From: Tubiluchus corallicola
Taxonomy: Eukaryota; Animalia; Priapulida
NCBI GenBank assembly: GCA_030141605.1
Contig: JAQGDQ010000530.1
Location: 1 to 64,000, forward strand
Direction of reading: 5' to 3'
Length of the DNA: 64,000 nt
Shown here one piece after another: positions 1-14,030 of the stretch (position 1 is its first letter; each line of letters opens with the position of its first letter). The notes under the pieces were generated by a model. It worked only from the letters and a program-made list of their open reading frames with translations. It was not told the origin of the DNA and made no database searches. The translations under genes and the position numbers were made by a program.

Positions 1-1578
1 ATTTAATTATCAAAAACGCTTTTGCAGTTTTGATTGTGTTAAAATGTATACTTTTATCTGACTTGAAAATAGGGTAGTATATGAAAAATCATCCTGTCTT
101 CCTTTAACCGAATCTACTGTAACCTAACCTGGCTGTAAACAGGTATATACATGTATTGGAAAAAGCTAGAGACATGGGACTGTTAAATCTAACAATGAAA
201 ACGAACGGAGTTTCTGCTAACAGAAATAAAAAGAATGATTTACCTTATTTAGTAGAGATGTTACAGGTTTCTCTTAATTGCACTGGAACTGTGAGGTATG
301 GGCGAACAGGAACACCGCTCAACTTGGTAGCCACAACTTGCCACTGTGTTGATTGGTTACAGTGGGGATAAGGGCCTTTGCAATTTCTAGAAGTGGATGC
401 ATGCCAAAGTTGCTCTGTGACTGGTCGACAATAAAAGATCAAAAATTAAACTAAAAAAGATCCGTCAATTAATGTAATGCACAAGGAAACGTATATTAAA
501 TGCAGGTGAGGCGTACGGATGCTAATGCACATCCACGGCAAATTACTGTATCAATTGAAATGGATAGATGTTTCGAGCAAATGGACTGATAAATTCGCCC
601 ACATTTTTGATGATACAAAACAGTGTTATTAATTATAGCTACAGTGTGACAATAATTGTTTACAGAATGTTACATTTTAATTTACTATATTTTTGGTTAA
701 CAGATCTTACAGTGAGAGAGCTTTCATATATAAACTTTATTTATTTTAAGTGTTACCTAAAATAAATGTAACTTAAAATACGTTACTTAACTGTAACTGT
801 AACTTTACTGTAACTTAAAATACTTAAAATATAACTTAAAATAAGTGTAACTTAAAATAGCACAACACAAGACAGTATAATTGATCACCTATTTTACACC
901 ACAATATTTCCACTATGCGCAGGGAAAAGTACTACAGTTTAGTTACGGACATATGAATTTAGCATACAGTTAGTTCGACAATAAAATTACACAAATAGTT
1001 AATTTTACTTATTTTGGGTACATCAACCCACAACTTAAAAATACGAGTTGCTCATTAATAATTGATACTTAATTGAAGGCCATAGAGCAGATACAATAAC
1101 AGAAATAATCATTCTCACTTCACATCAGCCTGAAAATAACGATAATTTACAGCAACAATGAACTAACTGCATTATGTCAGGGATTACTGTTGTAAGCTAA
1201 GCAACTCTAGGCTAATAGACCATTGCGACTGCAATTCAATTTTATCAATAAATCTTCTCCGCTTCACTGAAGATGGCGCCACATTACACGAAACGAATGT
1301 TTCTTTCTGGAAAGGATTTGTCAAAGACAGTAACTTTTAAAGTTTCTAGTTATGAATTATGATGAAATGCTTAGATAACTAGTCACATCAGTAACACAAT
1401 AACTTAACGATCAAGTTTCATGCCCAAAATTTCATGTTCAAAACTGATAAAAATAAAAAACAAATTAATTTAATTAGTTAAATTAGAATCACTCTACTAT
1501 GAGTGACCTAAAGTTGAAAACGCTGAATTTGGTTGGCCAGTTGTAAGGTATGAACTTTGGACAGCCTTGACCACTGGT

Positions 1579-1643
1579 GATGCAGTGACCTAGTGGTCTA
1601 AAGCGTCACTTTGTAGGCAGAAGGTTCCTGGCTGTATCCCAAC
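1579..1643 (+). mobile_element. possible degenerate tRNA-derived SINE head
   Basis: A-box-like TGACCTAGTGG followed at tRNA-like spacing by a degenerate B-box region (ggttcctggctgtatccc); no clean cloverleaf. Confidence 0.3.
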
Positions 1644-3376
1644 TTTTTCATAATTCTTGTCTTTCGAGTTTGGTATCAAAATTTAATTAGTTGTACGTTT
1701 GTATCATGTTAATTAATTTATTAGGAAGGAGAGCACTTATTTTCTTCTTGAGACGAATTAGCGAAGTTAAGAACTCTCTCGCATATAAAGAAAATTAGTT
1801 AAAATCAGTCGGTTTTTCTGGTTTATCCACATAGTCCTCGAAATCTAGCTATAAATGTTCACATTTCTCGACAAAAATGTCCTGGCATCATAAACTTAAC
1901 TACGTCAAAACTACTTTTTACATACTGTTCTGATTTACTGATCTGTTTCCTGAGCAAACCGCTTGCGAAAATAGAGAACACTACTCGGGGCCTTCGTGTG
2001 TCTTCGATTGCCCAGTGGTTGCCGTGCACCGTGTATCGCTTCTCCGTGCACTGTGGCAGGGGGAACCTAGGTGGAGAGCACAATGGCGGACTTTTCTGAG
2101 GTGGATTGTTCCTCGTTCCTCTACTGTACATTCGTATGATGTGTACAGTAGATCTACTACACTGAAGGAATTGTGGCTTTTTTGGGACGTGCACAAGCAA
2201 CTTAAGAATTCTACGGGCTGGCAACACGGCGCGCGTGACGTATGCGCGTAACAAATGTTTAAAGGTGCCGACTGGAAAAGTTTGTAATACTATTGTTTAA
2301 ACTGTGATTGTACTGTACTGTGTCCTGGGTGGTGGGCGTGGCATGATGTGGTGTGTAATGTTTTGGTCAGTGTGGTATGGGTGTTTTGGTGTGTGTCGTA
2401 CGAGCGGGTGGCATGGTGTGCTCGTTGTGGTGGGTGTGGGATAGTGTGGTCTTGTGGTGTAGTGCAGTCTCGATTGCTTCAAACCCAAAGTTTTTTGTTA
2501 ATTAGAGTGATTAATTACCGTAAGAGCGCATTTGAACTACCGGGTCACTAACCTTTGTCAAAGCTGTAACTTAGCTCAAGTAGTTGTAGTCTGTTACAAG
2601 TGCAATCTGTGCCAGTTTACATTCTAGGCAACCGGTTCATTTACATTAATTATTTAAATATAGGAGTGAATTTTAACTACCAATGTAGCTGATAGTGAAA
2701 CGACGGCGAATTGAGAGATTTTTACTCGAGTTTATTATTACCAGTATGTAATTTCTGACGCACCTTTTTCTTAAAACATGTGTAGAATCAGGCAAAATCA
2801 AGAAATTTTAAAACCACAGTTCCCGTAGGTATACTTTATTTTTGTGAAATCAAAGTTACGTACTGCAGCTTTGGGTAGCTTTTTTTAAAAACTTAATAAT
2901 TACGTATGACATAGCTCGGGCATCTAAAATAAACACGAATTTTGATTTCTTTTTCTTCAAATACTTTTATGTTAAAACTGGACCTAAAACAACTTTGTTT
3001 TTGCATTTAGATCACTCACTGAATTACTGCGTCCCTTATAGTACTAAGCAGGTTATTGCTGCTATTTTAAACAAATCACACCAGCTTTAATATCAAGATA
3101 ATGATCACACAGGCAAAATTGCAAGATGTTAATTTTAATATTAAGTTTAGCTTTATCCAGTTTCACATTGGAGTTTTAACAGTTGATATTAGAGGAGTCA
3201 AATATTCGCAAATCAAAATCATTTTAATTCTGATGTGTTTTAAAGCAATAATTTCTTAACGTGCAGGTGAATAAAACTGCACAATCTTTCAGAGAAGACA
3301 AGCAGTAAAGTTTGAGTAATCATGCAACTCGATGGAGCACCTTTTCTGGTAAGTCAAAGGATACGTGTAACAACTG

Positions 3377-3775
3377 AAGTGGCGTTTACGTAGCATCGTA
3401 TCCTTATGCGTATCCGTTATCCACCTGTAGAATAGTTGCGGAATAAAAATCAATAGCAAATTATTGCAGAAAAAATATCGAATAACACAGATAAGTAATT
3501 GAAAATAATTGATAAATATTGAAAACAACATAAACCGATTTTATCTATTTCGCAGCTCTCATAACGCATACGCATTCCGGACACTACATAAACGCGGGGT
3601 TTACCAAACGTGCAGAATGCGTTTTGCGTTACTGCGTTAAAACCACTTTATATTGTTTTCAGTGAACCCGTTAATGCGTCAACGCGTTATTTTTCTGCAG
3701 CTTTTCCTATTACATTACACGCAGCTGGATACGGATAACGCATAACGCATTCCAGATGTCTGGTAAACACCACTT
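3377..3775. mobile_element. MITE-like element, family A copy 1
   Basis: Terminal inverted repeat aagtggcgtttac...gtaaacaccactt; shares TIR and internal tgaaaacaacataaaccgattt with 16944-17107. Confidence 0.65.
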
Positions 3776-3963
3776 TAGACTGGCGCCGTAAATGTTTGTT
3801 TAACGATGATTAATTTAGCTTTGAATTTAGTTTAGAGAATTGTAACTAATTATATTCATACTATGTACAGACGTCAGTACATTGAAGGGCAGTCTGATAA
3901 AAATTACAAACTTTGATGATTTTTACAATTACGGGTCTTGATTTGTGTTTTTCTACTTTGCAG

Positions 3964-4021
3964 GTTTTGTTTGTTTCACTGTGGAATCTAAAAAAATGTA
4001 ACGAACAAATCGAAAATCACG
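3964..4021 (+). CDS. TTLL4-like candidate N-terminal exon (VLFVSLWNLKKCNEQIENH)
   Basis: tttgcag acceptor and gtaagt donor; only phase 0 is open, and its phase-1 end joins the 6146 exon in frame. Confidence 0.55.
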
Positions 4022-6145
4022 GTAAGTACAGGAGACTAACCTGAATTTGTGTGTTAAGATTAATATAAGGCTAGCAAAGGCCAAGCAAAAAATTCACTTA
4101 CAATCAATAATGCGCGAATATCCTATAGCGATAATTTATTTACCAAAGGCTAAGCTCATCAACTTGTCGCAACTCCTCTTGGTGGAGGTTTTTGTAAAAA
4201 TGTCCTACATGATCCTGTAGCATTGTTCCTCCTCTTTTCAAAAAGCTATTACATTTCCTTCCAGGAGTCCCACCAGGCACCAGTAGAACATTTTTTCCAC
4301 AGGCTGTTTGCACAAAATTTTGAAATTTTGAGTTGGGTCCGGGAAAATACCCGTTACGGAACGCTGTGGCCCTCCCGCTAGTTCTAAATACGCCTACCAC
4401 ACAGCGTTGAACGGACTGTCTATTACCTGCACCACCCACGGCTCATTCCCGATATCTTGTAGTTATTAACAACAATAGTATAACTCCCTCTGGTCACTCA
4501 TCTGACCAGAAACTAACCTCCATCATTTGACTATGGCTATCAAACGACTTCAACCCATTATCAGAGTTACTTTCCGACTCGGAAGTATATCACCTTGTCG
4601 AGAACTATGCTTCTCGAGTAAATGTGTTTATTTATGGTTACAAGTATCTTTCCTGACGTTGCATAACATTCCAAACTTCCCTGACACAACATTGCCTAAC
4701 AGCACCTCAATTTCTCTTTATCGAGGATAATCCGTAGCCAATTGTCAGTATGTAGTCATTATATTTGTATTTCGTAGTGTTCATGTAAATTATTTCACTC
4801 ATGCTCATTTTGATGTAGTCATTAACTTAACGCAGCGAATGGTTCTTACGTAGCATTTTTGCTCTATTTTTCTTTCTGTTTAATTCGGATCGCCGTTATC
4901 ATGTAATCTTTAATTGTCGTATAATCCTTATTTATATTGCTACGAAGGCAGATTATGACCAACCCCCTAATGTTAGTAATGGGTATGGTTGAGAAGCCCA
5001 GTAATGCAAATGTATAAAACAGAATGCATGCCGTAATTTGACGATTCCAACCTGGCCTTTCTGTCTGTAAAGGTGAATGCTGTAGGCTTGCTGATTTTTA
5101 TACAAAAGTCCGTTCACATTCTTTTGGAGTTACCGGTTGTGCAATAAAGTTTAATTTACACTCGATATTCCGGATCTTTTTACTTTTTTCTTGTATGCCG
5201 CTCTATACATCCGGAGAAGGATCCGCGCTGGAACCCGGATCCGTTACAATATCACTCGTGAATTGTTTGTGTAATGTATTAATAATTATGCGCATATTTT
5301 AAATTTATGTTCTTGTTTTCTATAAACGGAATTTTGATATTAACAAACACTATTTTAATCATATTTATTTGCACCTCGCGAAATGCGGAATTGAACTTTA
5401 AAATACCAGAGTTTTCTGTCGCCCAATAATTGCTTTCCTGCCTTTTTGTAAAGAGCTATAAAAATATTACAAGTTTTTACAAAATATTTACAAAAACCTA
5501 ACCCGTGTTAGCGATATGTGTATGTCTCTTCGCCCCCTTAACAAGCGTGTTGTGATTGAAAGTTGTACAATTAAAAACTGCGTGTCTGCTCGCCCCCCCC
5601 CCCCATTGAAAACAGTACATTACAAAACAGTTGCGCAACTTAAAGTTTGAGCCGCCCAGATTTCAGTTTTCAATTGCACAATTTTTAGTTGTACAGCAAG
5701 TACAAATTTTCTATTTTTTGTCCGCGCTCGTGACACACCTGTTCTGATTATGATTACTCATTAATCTGTCTGTAATTATTCATTTGTATTCATTTATGGA
5801 GTAATCATCGATTTTAGAATAACAACATGACCTTGGGAAGTGTTAGAGCGCCAAACATTAAACAGCCTAACCTAAGTCAAAAAGCTCCCCATCAAAGTTT
5901 GTTCATCCTGGATATTAGAATTTAATTCCGCTAGCTTAGCTGCCTGTGTTTTAGTTACGTTTCTTTCTCCTAATCGTCCCAAACTCAAATTAAGGTTTTG
6001 TGTTTCGAACTCTGTATAAGGAAATGTATCATTCGTGTGATCCAAGTTTCGACACTGTGGTGAGTATGGGTATCTTAGCCAATGTGTGTTTAATCAACAA
6101 ATAAACAAGCATGATTTTACAACAGTCTGACGCTTTTTGTTTCAG

Positions 6146-6292
6146 AAACTTATTGCGGATTTCAAAGAAGCGTGCACGTCTTGACATTACAAGAGAATAG
6201 TTCACAAACACAAGTATGCCCTCGAGCATTGACAACCAGTCTTTTCTCCAACGTTGCACCTGTGATTAACTTTGGCTTACCTGGGCAGATTG
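6146..6292 (+). CDS. TTLL4: TTLL4-like exon (..CPRALTTSLFSNVAPVINFGLPGQI)
   Basis: tttcag/gtatgt; resembles the TTLL4 PALIYSLFPNVPPTIYF block. Confidence 0.8.
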
Positions 6293-7611
6293 GTATGTTT
6301 GCTGTATCAAAATGGTGGAAGCGCCATTATTCATAACTTGGAGTTTTGTACGTTATTAATAATGTAGCACGCATTTAATTTTGTACTAATAATTTTGTCT
6401 AAGGCAGCAGCATAGTGTCAGCCATCACGAACAATCGGAAGAAGTCAAAATGTCTATGTTTCAATGTTTTTTTTTTCTGTCGGCCAGACTGTCGCCCTTA
6501 AAATTCCTCACATTGCTAAATCATTGCAATTCCAACAAAACTCATCCCAGTATTATAGCATTGCCAAAATTATTTTCAAAATGATTGTGGCGTACGTGAA
6601 AAGAAATTGGAGCAGAAAGAAAACGAATGGTTGTGCAAATTGAGAAAGCTACGTGTATTGCGTACAAGCCTGTAAAATAATGACTTGGGACCCCAACTTA
6701 TTCTTGAAACTCCTTCGAAGGCTATAAAATTGCTCAAAGCAATGTACTTAGCGGCAAATTTATGATAAAACTGTTAAACTTTCCATTTTTTGTGAATACG
6801 GGGTACACTCGCTTCCCAGAAGAGCTTTTCCCTAGAAATTATTTGTCAGAAAATTTCTTTTCCAGAAAATAAAATTCACAGACGTCTAATAAATCGTTTT
6901 TAATGCAGTCGCATGTCACACGACAGCAAAAGTGTGATGAAAATATTGACGTTTATTCTTGTTGAATGATACAGATCACATGATCAAAAATTGGTCGGCT
7001 TGTTTATTAACTCCTTCAGGACCGTAAGGGTTTGCTGCATTTTCCACGGGTTCATGAAAAACTGCTGCCACTAAGCATCGATTACGCGATAATTTTTGTA
7101 GGTTTCTACTCCTCACAATAGATTTTCATGCAAAATTATATATGGAATGCATTTGATTGCCTTAGACAAATTAAAAATCGATTTTTGACGAATAAATTAA
7201 AAAAAAAACTTTCAGTAACTGCAGTGTTTGGACTGTAATAAAGTACAGTATCACTTGAAATCGGCTAATGCAGAAAATTTCTACTATCCAGACACAAAAC
7301 TCACTCTGACACACATTGGCCTCAAGTCCACACTGATTTTAAAGTGTTTAAGGTGAAATTCTTGTTAAAAGATGAAACGCCCTCAATTTGTCCTTGGCTG
7401 ATCCGCTGGTTTTTCTTTGAATAGCAGCAGAACACTGAACAGTTTGGGCTGCCCCAAACAGACGACCAATAAATTTGTGTGTACGATAACGTAAGTGTGT
7501 ACCAGACTAAGCTACTCAATTGGCTCATTTGGAGTGCCTCTCTGAATTTTCTTTCATTAACTAAAAAGCAAAGACAATTTGTTTTCACTATTCTTGAGTT
7601 TCCTACTGGAA

Positions 7612-8035
<424 letters not shown>

Positions 8036-8371
8036 TTATTATTTTTATTAAACAATAAATACATTGTTTTCCCTCTATTTGCACGAGTTCATTTACAAAA
8101 TTCAATGTAGCTATTTACGATAACAATATTATACATAATGTAAATTTTGTACATACATACATGCATTTAGTAGTAGTATTTCAGTTTGGCTTTTAACTTT
8201 TACATATATATGTATCAAAATCACAATTATAACTTTCACAACACATATTAAGAATACATTTAAAATATATACATATTATACACCTTAATTTGTATAATGA
8301 TTTCATTTCTTACGCAGTACATGTTTTTCTGTAAATGTAATTAGACAGGATAGACAGATGGGAAAGAAAAG

Positions 8372-8374
<3 letters not shown>

Positions 8375-8437
<63 letters not shown>

Positions 8438-8438
8438 G
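8375..8438. repeat. (GA)n microsatellite
   Basis: Directly visible. Confidence 0.97.
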
Positions 8439-9194
8439 CACGACAGGGTAGAAAAGAAGAGAAGCAAACAGAAAAAAGAAGCCAAAGGCTTAATCATACT
8501 AAAATAGCATATCTTGCAAATAAAGAGTAATAATGATTTTTCTGTGAAAAGAATTCCTGGGAAACGGATCTAGACCATCCAAAACGGTGAAGCCATAATT
8601 GTCAAACTTGGCATAGATTGGTGAAGAACAGAATAGATAATGCTGAAAATCAGAATTCACGTAAGTTTTCGAAGCCAGTAAACAACAATTGTGTATTTTT
8701 TCAGTCGAAGTTTTGCCAGCCAACATTGCCAAGACGCTTAAATGGAAGCTAACAATTAGATGGTCAGTCCTGACGCAGATGCTCAAACGTTCAAATTCAT
8801 TTGTAACAGGTGCGCAATTTAAAACCGGCTGAAATGTTGTCTGTTTATAATTAGTTTTGCAATTTACCACTACATCAGCAACAAACAAGTTCAACTGAAC
8901 AGCAGTTATGACAGTAAGACGAAGGTAAGACGGTGTGTTAATTACACTAAAGGCTATAATTATACCTTTTATGCTGATTACTCTGCTGTACCATAAACTA
9001 CATAACGTGAACGTAAACAAAGCACGCAGACTCCCCAATACCCATGCATCCCTTTTGGTTTTGTTCACTGCTAGGACAGCTGCAAAGAAAGTGTTAGGAA
9101 AGACCAGTCAGTCAGGTTCAAAAATGTACATTATGAAGCGTCAGGCGTTTAAGGGATCTATCCGTGATTATATAAGTCACTTCTAAATAAGTGT

Positions 9195-9561
9195 TTAGTA
9201 CAGCAGACAAGCAGAAAAATTGTGCACCTTTCGAGAAAATAATGAAATTTCTAATGTAGGTAATAGGTGGCATCATAATGCTTCATTTTAGATGTGGAGG
9301 AAAATCAGATATAATTTCTGAGGGCTGTCAGAGGACAAATTCAAAATAACCACCACTGAAAATGGCAAATGGAAAATCGTTAAAATAATTCAATAATCAT
9401 CATTTTGCCAAAATGTAACAAAGAACTAAATTTGACAGAACTTAATGTGGCATATTTTAATAATGTCAAATCTGATTCCCCCTACCAATGTTAGAAATTT
9501 CACAATTTTCTCAAAAAAATGCACAATTGTTTGTATCATGAGAACTAATCCGCTGCACTAA
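9195..9561. mobile_element. palindromic MITE-like element
   Basis: Imperfect inverted ends ttagtacagcaga / tccgctgcactaa, plus nested inverted matches (aattgtgca/tgcacaatt; gaaatttctaa/ttagaaatttc). Confidence 0.5.
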
Positions 9562-10570
9562 TTAGGCTTACTTCAAGATGTAATAATACGGCCTATATAT
9601 ACACGACGGCTATTAGAGACTATTAGCGATTAGGCCTACTGGCCCTGCAGATTAACAACGTCTTGACCTCGGTCATCCCCACCATCACCAGACTCACAAT
9701 CAGAAACCGTTGTGAACCTTTCTGATTTTTGCCCGCAGCATCACGAGTAAATGTTTGAGACGTTTGCTTCATCATGATGACCATAAGTCGATATAATAAT
9801 AACTATGGACACAGTGCTGTTACTGAGCAAACATATTAAAACACTAAATTGAAGGTTCTGCACGAAAAAATCACGAAATCCACCTGTTACTGAATTTATA
9901 GGTCATGTAGTAGCACCTAAATTAGATAAGATTTGTATGTGTAAGCCTCCCCCCGCAGACATGCAATTTTCAATTGCACTAGTGAAAATTGCAGCAGTTT
10001 TACTGGTGTACCAAAATCGAGCGCGCAGACATGTAGTTTGTGACATTCCATAGGAGACCTTATAGATCGGGAGCCCAGAGCACTTTAATGCAAAATTTGA
10101 GCACAAGAGGTTTGAGTAGCTAGATAGAAGGCACAAAGGCTAAGTTTCAAAAATACGTTTGTCTTGTGTTGTGCAACCAGTCACGAGCGGTTAAAGGTCA
10201 CGTAAAAGAAGCCAAAAAAAACAACCATTTAATGCAAAATTGGAGTATAAGAAATTTTTTTATGCCAGTGTGTAGAGCATGGTTAGTAGTGCTTAGATTC
10301 ATGGGCAAGGCAAAAAATATCAGTCACAAGTGGACACAAGACAAATTTAAGAATTAGCCAGTGGTCCTGAAGTATTAAAGCGCTGATACAGTAATCAGCA
10401 GCCGGCAATTGAAATGTCTTTGAGTACTCTGTTCATTCTCAAAACTTCGTATTTTGATCTCCATTTTCTAGTGTAAGGATGACTTATCCCCATTATTTTT
10501 TTCTTATGTTAAACAGCGCCTTTTCATAATGCACTGCTTTTTTATCACGTTTAAGTTTTGTGTTTTGATT

Positions 10571-11335
10571 AAAACTTGCACAACTGAAAATTGCATGCCT
10601 GTGAGCTCTCATTGAAATCAGCACTTCACAAAACACTTGCACAATTGAAAATTGCATGTCTATGAGCTCTCATTGCAATCAGTACTTCACAAAACAGTTG
10701 CACAACTGAAAATTGCATGTCTGCGAGCTTTCATTGCAATCAGCACTTCACAAAACAGTTGCACAACTGAAAATTACATGTCTGCGAGCTCTCATTGCAA
10801 TCAGCACTTCACAAAACAGTTGCAAAACTGAAAATTGCATGTCTGCGAGCTCTCATTGCAATCAGCACTTCACAAAACAGTTGCACAACTGAAAATTGCA
10901 TGTCTGCGAGCTCTCATTGCAATCAGTACTTCACAAAACAGTTGCACAACTGAAAATTGCATGACTGCGAGCTCTCATTGAAATCAGTACTTCACAAAAC
11001 AGTTGCACAACTGAAAATTGCATGTCTGTGAGCTCTCATTGCAATCAGTACTTCACAAAACAGTTGCACAACTGAAAATTGCATGTCTGCGAGCTCTCAT
11101 TGAAATCTGTACTTCACAAAACAGTTGCACAACTGAAAATTGCATGTCTGCGAGCTCTCATTGTAATCAGTACTTCACAAAACACTTGCACAACTGAAAA
11201 TTGCATGTCTGCGAGCTCTCATTGCAATCTGTACTTCACAAAACAGTTGCACAATTGAAAATTGCATGTCTGTGAGCTCTCATTGAAATCAGTACTTCAC
11301 AAAACAGTTGCACAATTGAAAATTGCATGTCTGCG
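10571..11335. repeat. 61-bp minisatellite, ~12.5 copies
   Basis: Unit aaaacagttgcacaactgaaaattgcatgtctgcgagctctcattgcaatcagtacttcac. Confidence 0.97.
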
Positions 11336-11418
11336 CGGGATCTTAGGCTTGAGCACAAGAAGAACGCCAGAAAGATACGCCAGAAAGGTTTTATTATACA
11401 GTTCAACTTTTTTTTCAG

Positions 11419-11502
11419 ATATCGCAGATAAGGTTTGGCTTGGCTGCTTTTGTTCAAGAGTTAAGGGAAACCAAACTTTATTTAAATTCAACCGACTTCA
11501 GC
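11419..11502 (+). pseudogene. TTLL4: TTLL4-like exon remnant (DIADKVWLGCFCSRVKGNQTLFKFNRLQ), donor lost
   Basis: Strong ttttttttcag acceptor and WLGC motif as in TTLL4 NDDWLGCW; no GT at the expected 3' end. Confidence 0.6.
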
Positions 11503-12282
11503 CGCATTTTGCACTCTTACTTAGAGCTGGCTTTTGGTTTGCTTGACTTTCTCTGTCTGTTTATTGCCGCCTTTTCTCATTGCCCTTTTATTTTTATTCA
11601 CATTCTATATTAAGAAAAGTTTACTATGGAATTTAATTTCTTGAAATTTCAGTGTTGAAGTCAAAGCTGGAAACACGAGAAATACGATAGTAAAATTTCT
11701 AAATTAAGTAAGAGTCGGAATATTTCAGCACTTGAATTTATCATTTAGATCACTCAGATACTATCTTCCATTATATGTGTATTGTTCCATCACATAAACA
11801 GTTACAGAAATGATTTACTATCGTAGCCGGATAATGAAAATCACATGGCCAGCTTCTTTGCGTGTAATTCTCGACTTCCTGCATCTTCTATAGTGGGTCA
11901 TAATTTATCAATTTGTAACGAGTAAAAAACTTTTTACACAAACGATAATTTCCTTTCTAACGTTTTTCCTGTAAATTAGATGTAGGACTAATACAGACTG
12001 TAAATTTCATTAAAGAAGTTATATGGGTTCTCTAGAAGGCCAGAGCTAATTGTATTAATTTTAGGAGTAGAAATGTATTGTACGCCATACTAACATATCT
12101 TACTCTCAGTTAATTGTCTACACTCACTTTGCTTACTAATTTTTTTAATTAATGTTATTTTACTTGTTGACTTGGTTGTATATTTGATGTGATTGTACAA
12201 CAAGTAGGAATAACAATAAAAGTATTATATTATACTATACACATATATCTGGATCATCACACATGTTTGCTTATCATTTTAG

Positions 12283-12480
12283 TTCAGCCATTTTCCTGGT
12301 TCTGGCAGAAATAATTGCCACAAAGACAGTTTCTGGATCAACATCAAACATCTAATAAGAAAACATGGAGCACAAGAATTTGACTTTGTACCGCTCACTT
12401 TTCCATTACCTGCCGAAAGACAAGCGTTCAAAAGGTACTGGAGAAAAAACTACAAAGAAAGAAAATGGATTTATAAACCG
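12283..12480 (+). CDS. TTLL4: TTLL4-like exon (FSHFPGS...KWIYKP)
   Basis: ttttag/gtatgt, 66 open codons, TTL-family NHFPG and WIxKP motifs. Confidence 0.9.
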
Positions 12481-12941
12481 GTATGTAGATTTTGTAATAA
12501 AATTTCAGTATAGTTATTAATTATTATAACGTTAACGTTAAACGTTTGAGCTTCATTAACTCTCGGATACACTGCGAATATAAATATATGCCTTGTTCTT
12601 GACGAAAATGTCACATAAGGCTTTTATTCACTTAAGTTAGCATAAAACTACTTTTAAAATTCGCACTGTGCCGCCATTGAGCATGGACCTGCGATCGCGC
12701 CCCTGGCGAGAAAAAATGTCGTGTCACGTGAACATCCTTAGAGTGACTTGTCAAGACTCAAGATTATTGATGATTCCGTTGCAAACCCGCAGTTAAATAC
12801 AAAATTAAAAAAAATTAATGCAGTTTCAATTTTGCTTTTATTCCCTGAATCCTGATTTAGATTTAGATATTTATTTGTTCGTGTCGAAAATACATACAAT
12901 ACATACATACAATTTCAATTTTGAAATATACAAAAAACAAG

Positions 12942-12982
12942 ACACACACACACACACACACGCACAAGCACACGCACACGCA

Positions 12983-13046
<64 letters not shown>

Positions 13047-13049
13047 TAC
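12942..13049. repeat. (CA)n/(CACG)n compound microsatellite
   Basis: Directly visible. Confidence 0.95.
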
Positions 13050-14030
13050 AATTTCGATTTTGAAATTGTATATGTATAATGACACTATATACAAACAAAA
13101 CAATTACTAAAGAAACAAAACAAATGTTAAATCTCGAATCATGTACATAATATTCAGACAGCCAATTTCTGCCACTGCTTTCTTTTCCATACGGACCAAC
13201 GAAGGGGCTAGAGGAAGGAAAGAAAATTATGGTTCGAGTATCTTCAGTGCATCTGTAATTCCATAAGTGGAATCGCATTATTTTGCAGTGAAGCTAACAT
13301 AATTTTGCTATTGTTCCTATTTTGTGTTATTTTGCAGTGTTGTACTTTATGCTGTGTTGTGTTGTATATATGTATATATAATAACTAATATTACATTAGG
13401 TTAAATTAGCTAGACCTATATTACTACTCTTTGACCTTGAGGTTCAACTTCAATTGAAGGGAACATAGGTTTACAAACTGAGAAGTATATTGCTCTTATT
13501 ATGATTTGTCGTGTTTGTTGTCTCTCAGATTCAGTGCTGTCCAAACTAAAGAGGATGTTTAACAACTTGCCCAAAAACCGAAAATCTTAGAAATGAGTTA
13601 TAACGAACGTAAATTTTTCTAATATTGTTGATGTCTTTGAAAATGAACACATGTTTAAAATCTGTTATGAAATATTTAAGTTATTTGCGGATTGAGTAAC
13701 GTTATTTTGAGTCTAGACCACTGTCTTTCGTGAAGCAAAAATTAATAATTCATAAAGTTTCTACCAATACAAGATTACAGATCATTTGCAGACTTGTTAT
13801 CTACAATATTGTATTTTTTATGACAGTAACACATAGGTATAAAATTGGTGTGCTTAACTATATAGCCCATTGCATTTATTTTATCTTTGTTGTTCTCGAT
13901 GTGTCATTTGGGTAATGCTTTTTGGAGTATAGTTTTTTCTGGTTACCCAATATTATAGTGTATTTGTCTCGAATTATGTAGAATTATAGTCAATGAACGA
14001 ACTAACTAACTAACTGACTAATTATTTCAG

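Noticed and set aside
4140-4439. 99-aa ORF with QSVQRCV, faintly like a transposase C-terminal motif
   Set aside because: Too short and degenerate; no TIRs or other motifs found
8540-8650. Minus-strand QHYLFCSSPIYAKFDNYGFTVLDGLDPF resembling the missing TTLL KFDLR..DPL exon
   Set aside because: Wrong strand and position, lacks the invariant Arg and the DGLVRFA block, and has no matching splice sites; likely chance
11802-11895. Phase-1 open segment (VTEMIYYRSRIMK..) as the missing TTLL exon
   Set aside because: No convincing motif match, ends in TAG and lies in the wrong order
13190-13280. GARG...VI/HKW-like translation
   Set aside because: Needs a frameshift and lacks splice sites; the real homologous exon is 14031-14110
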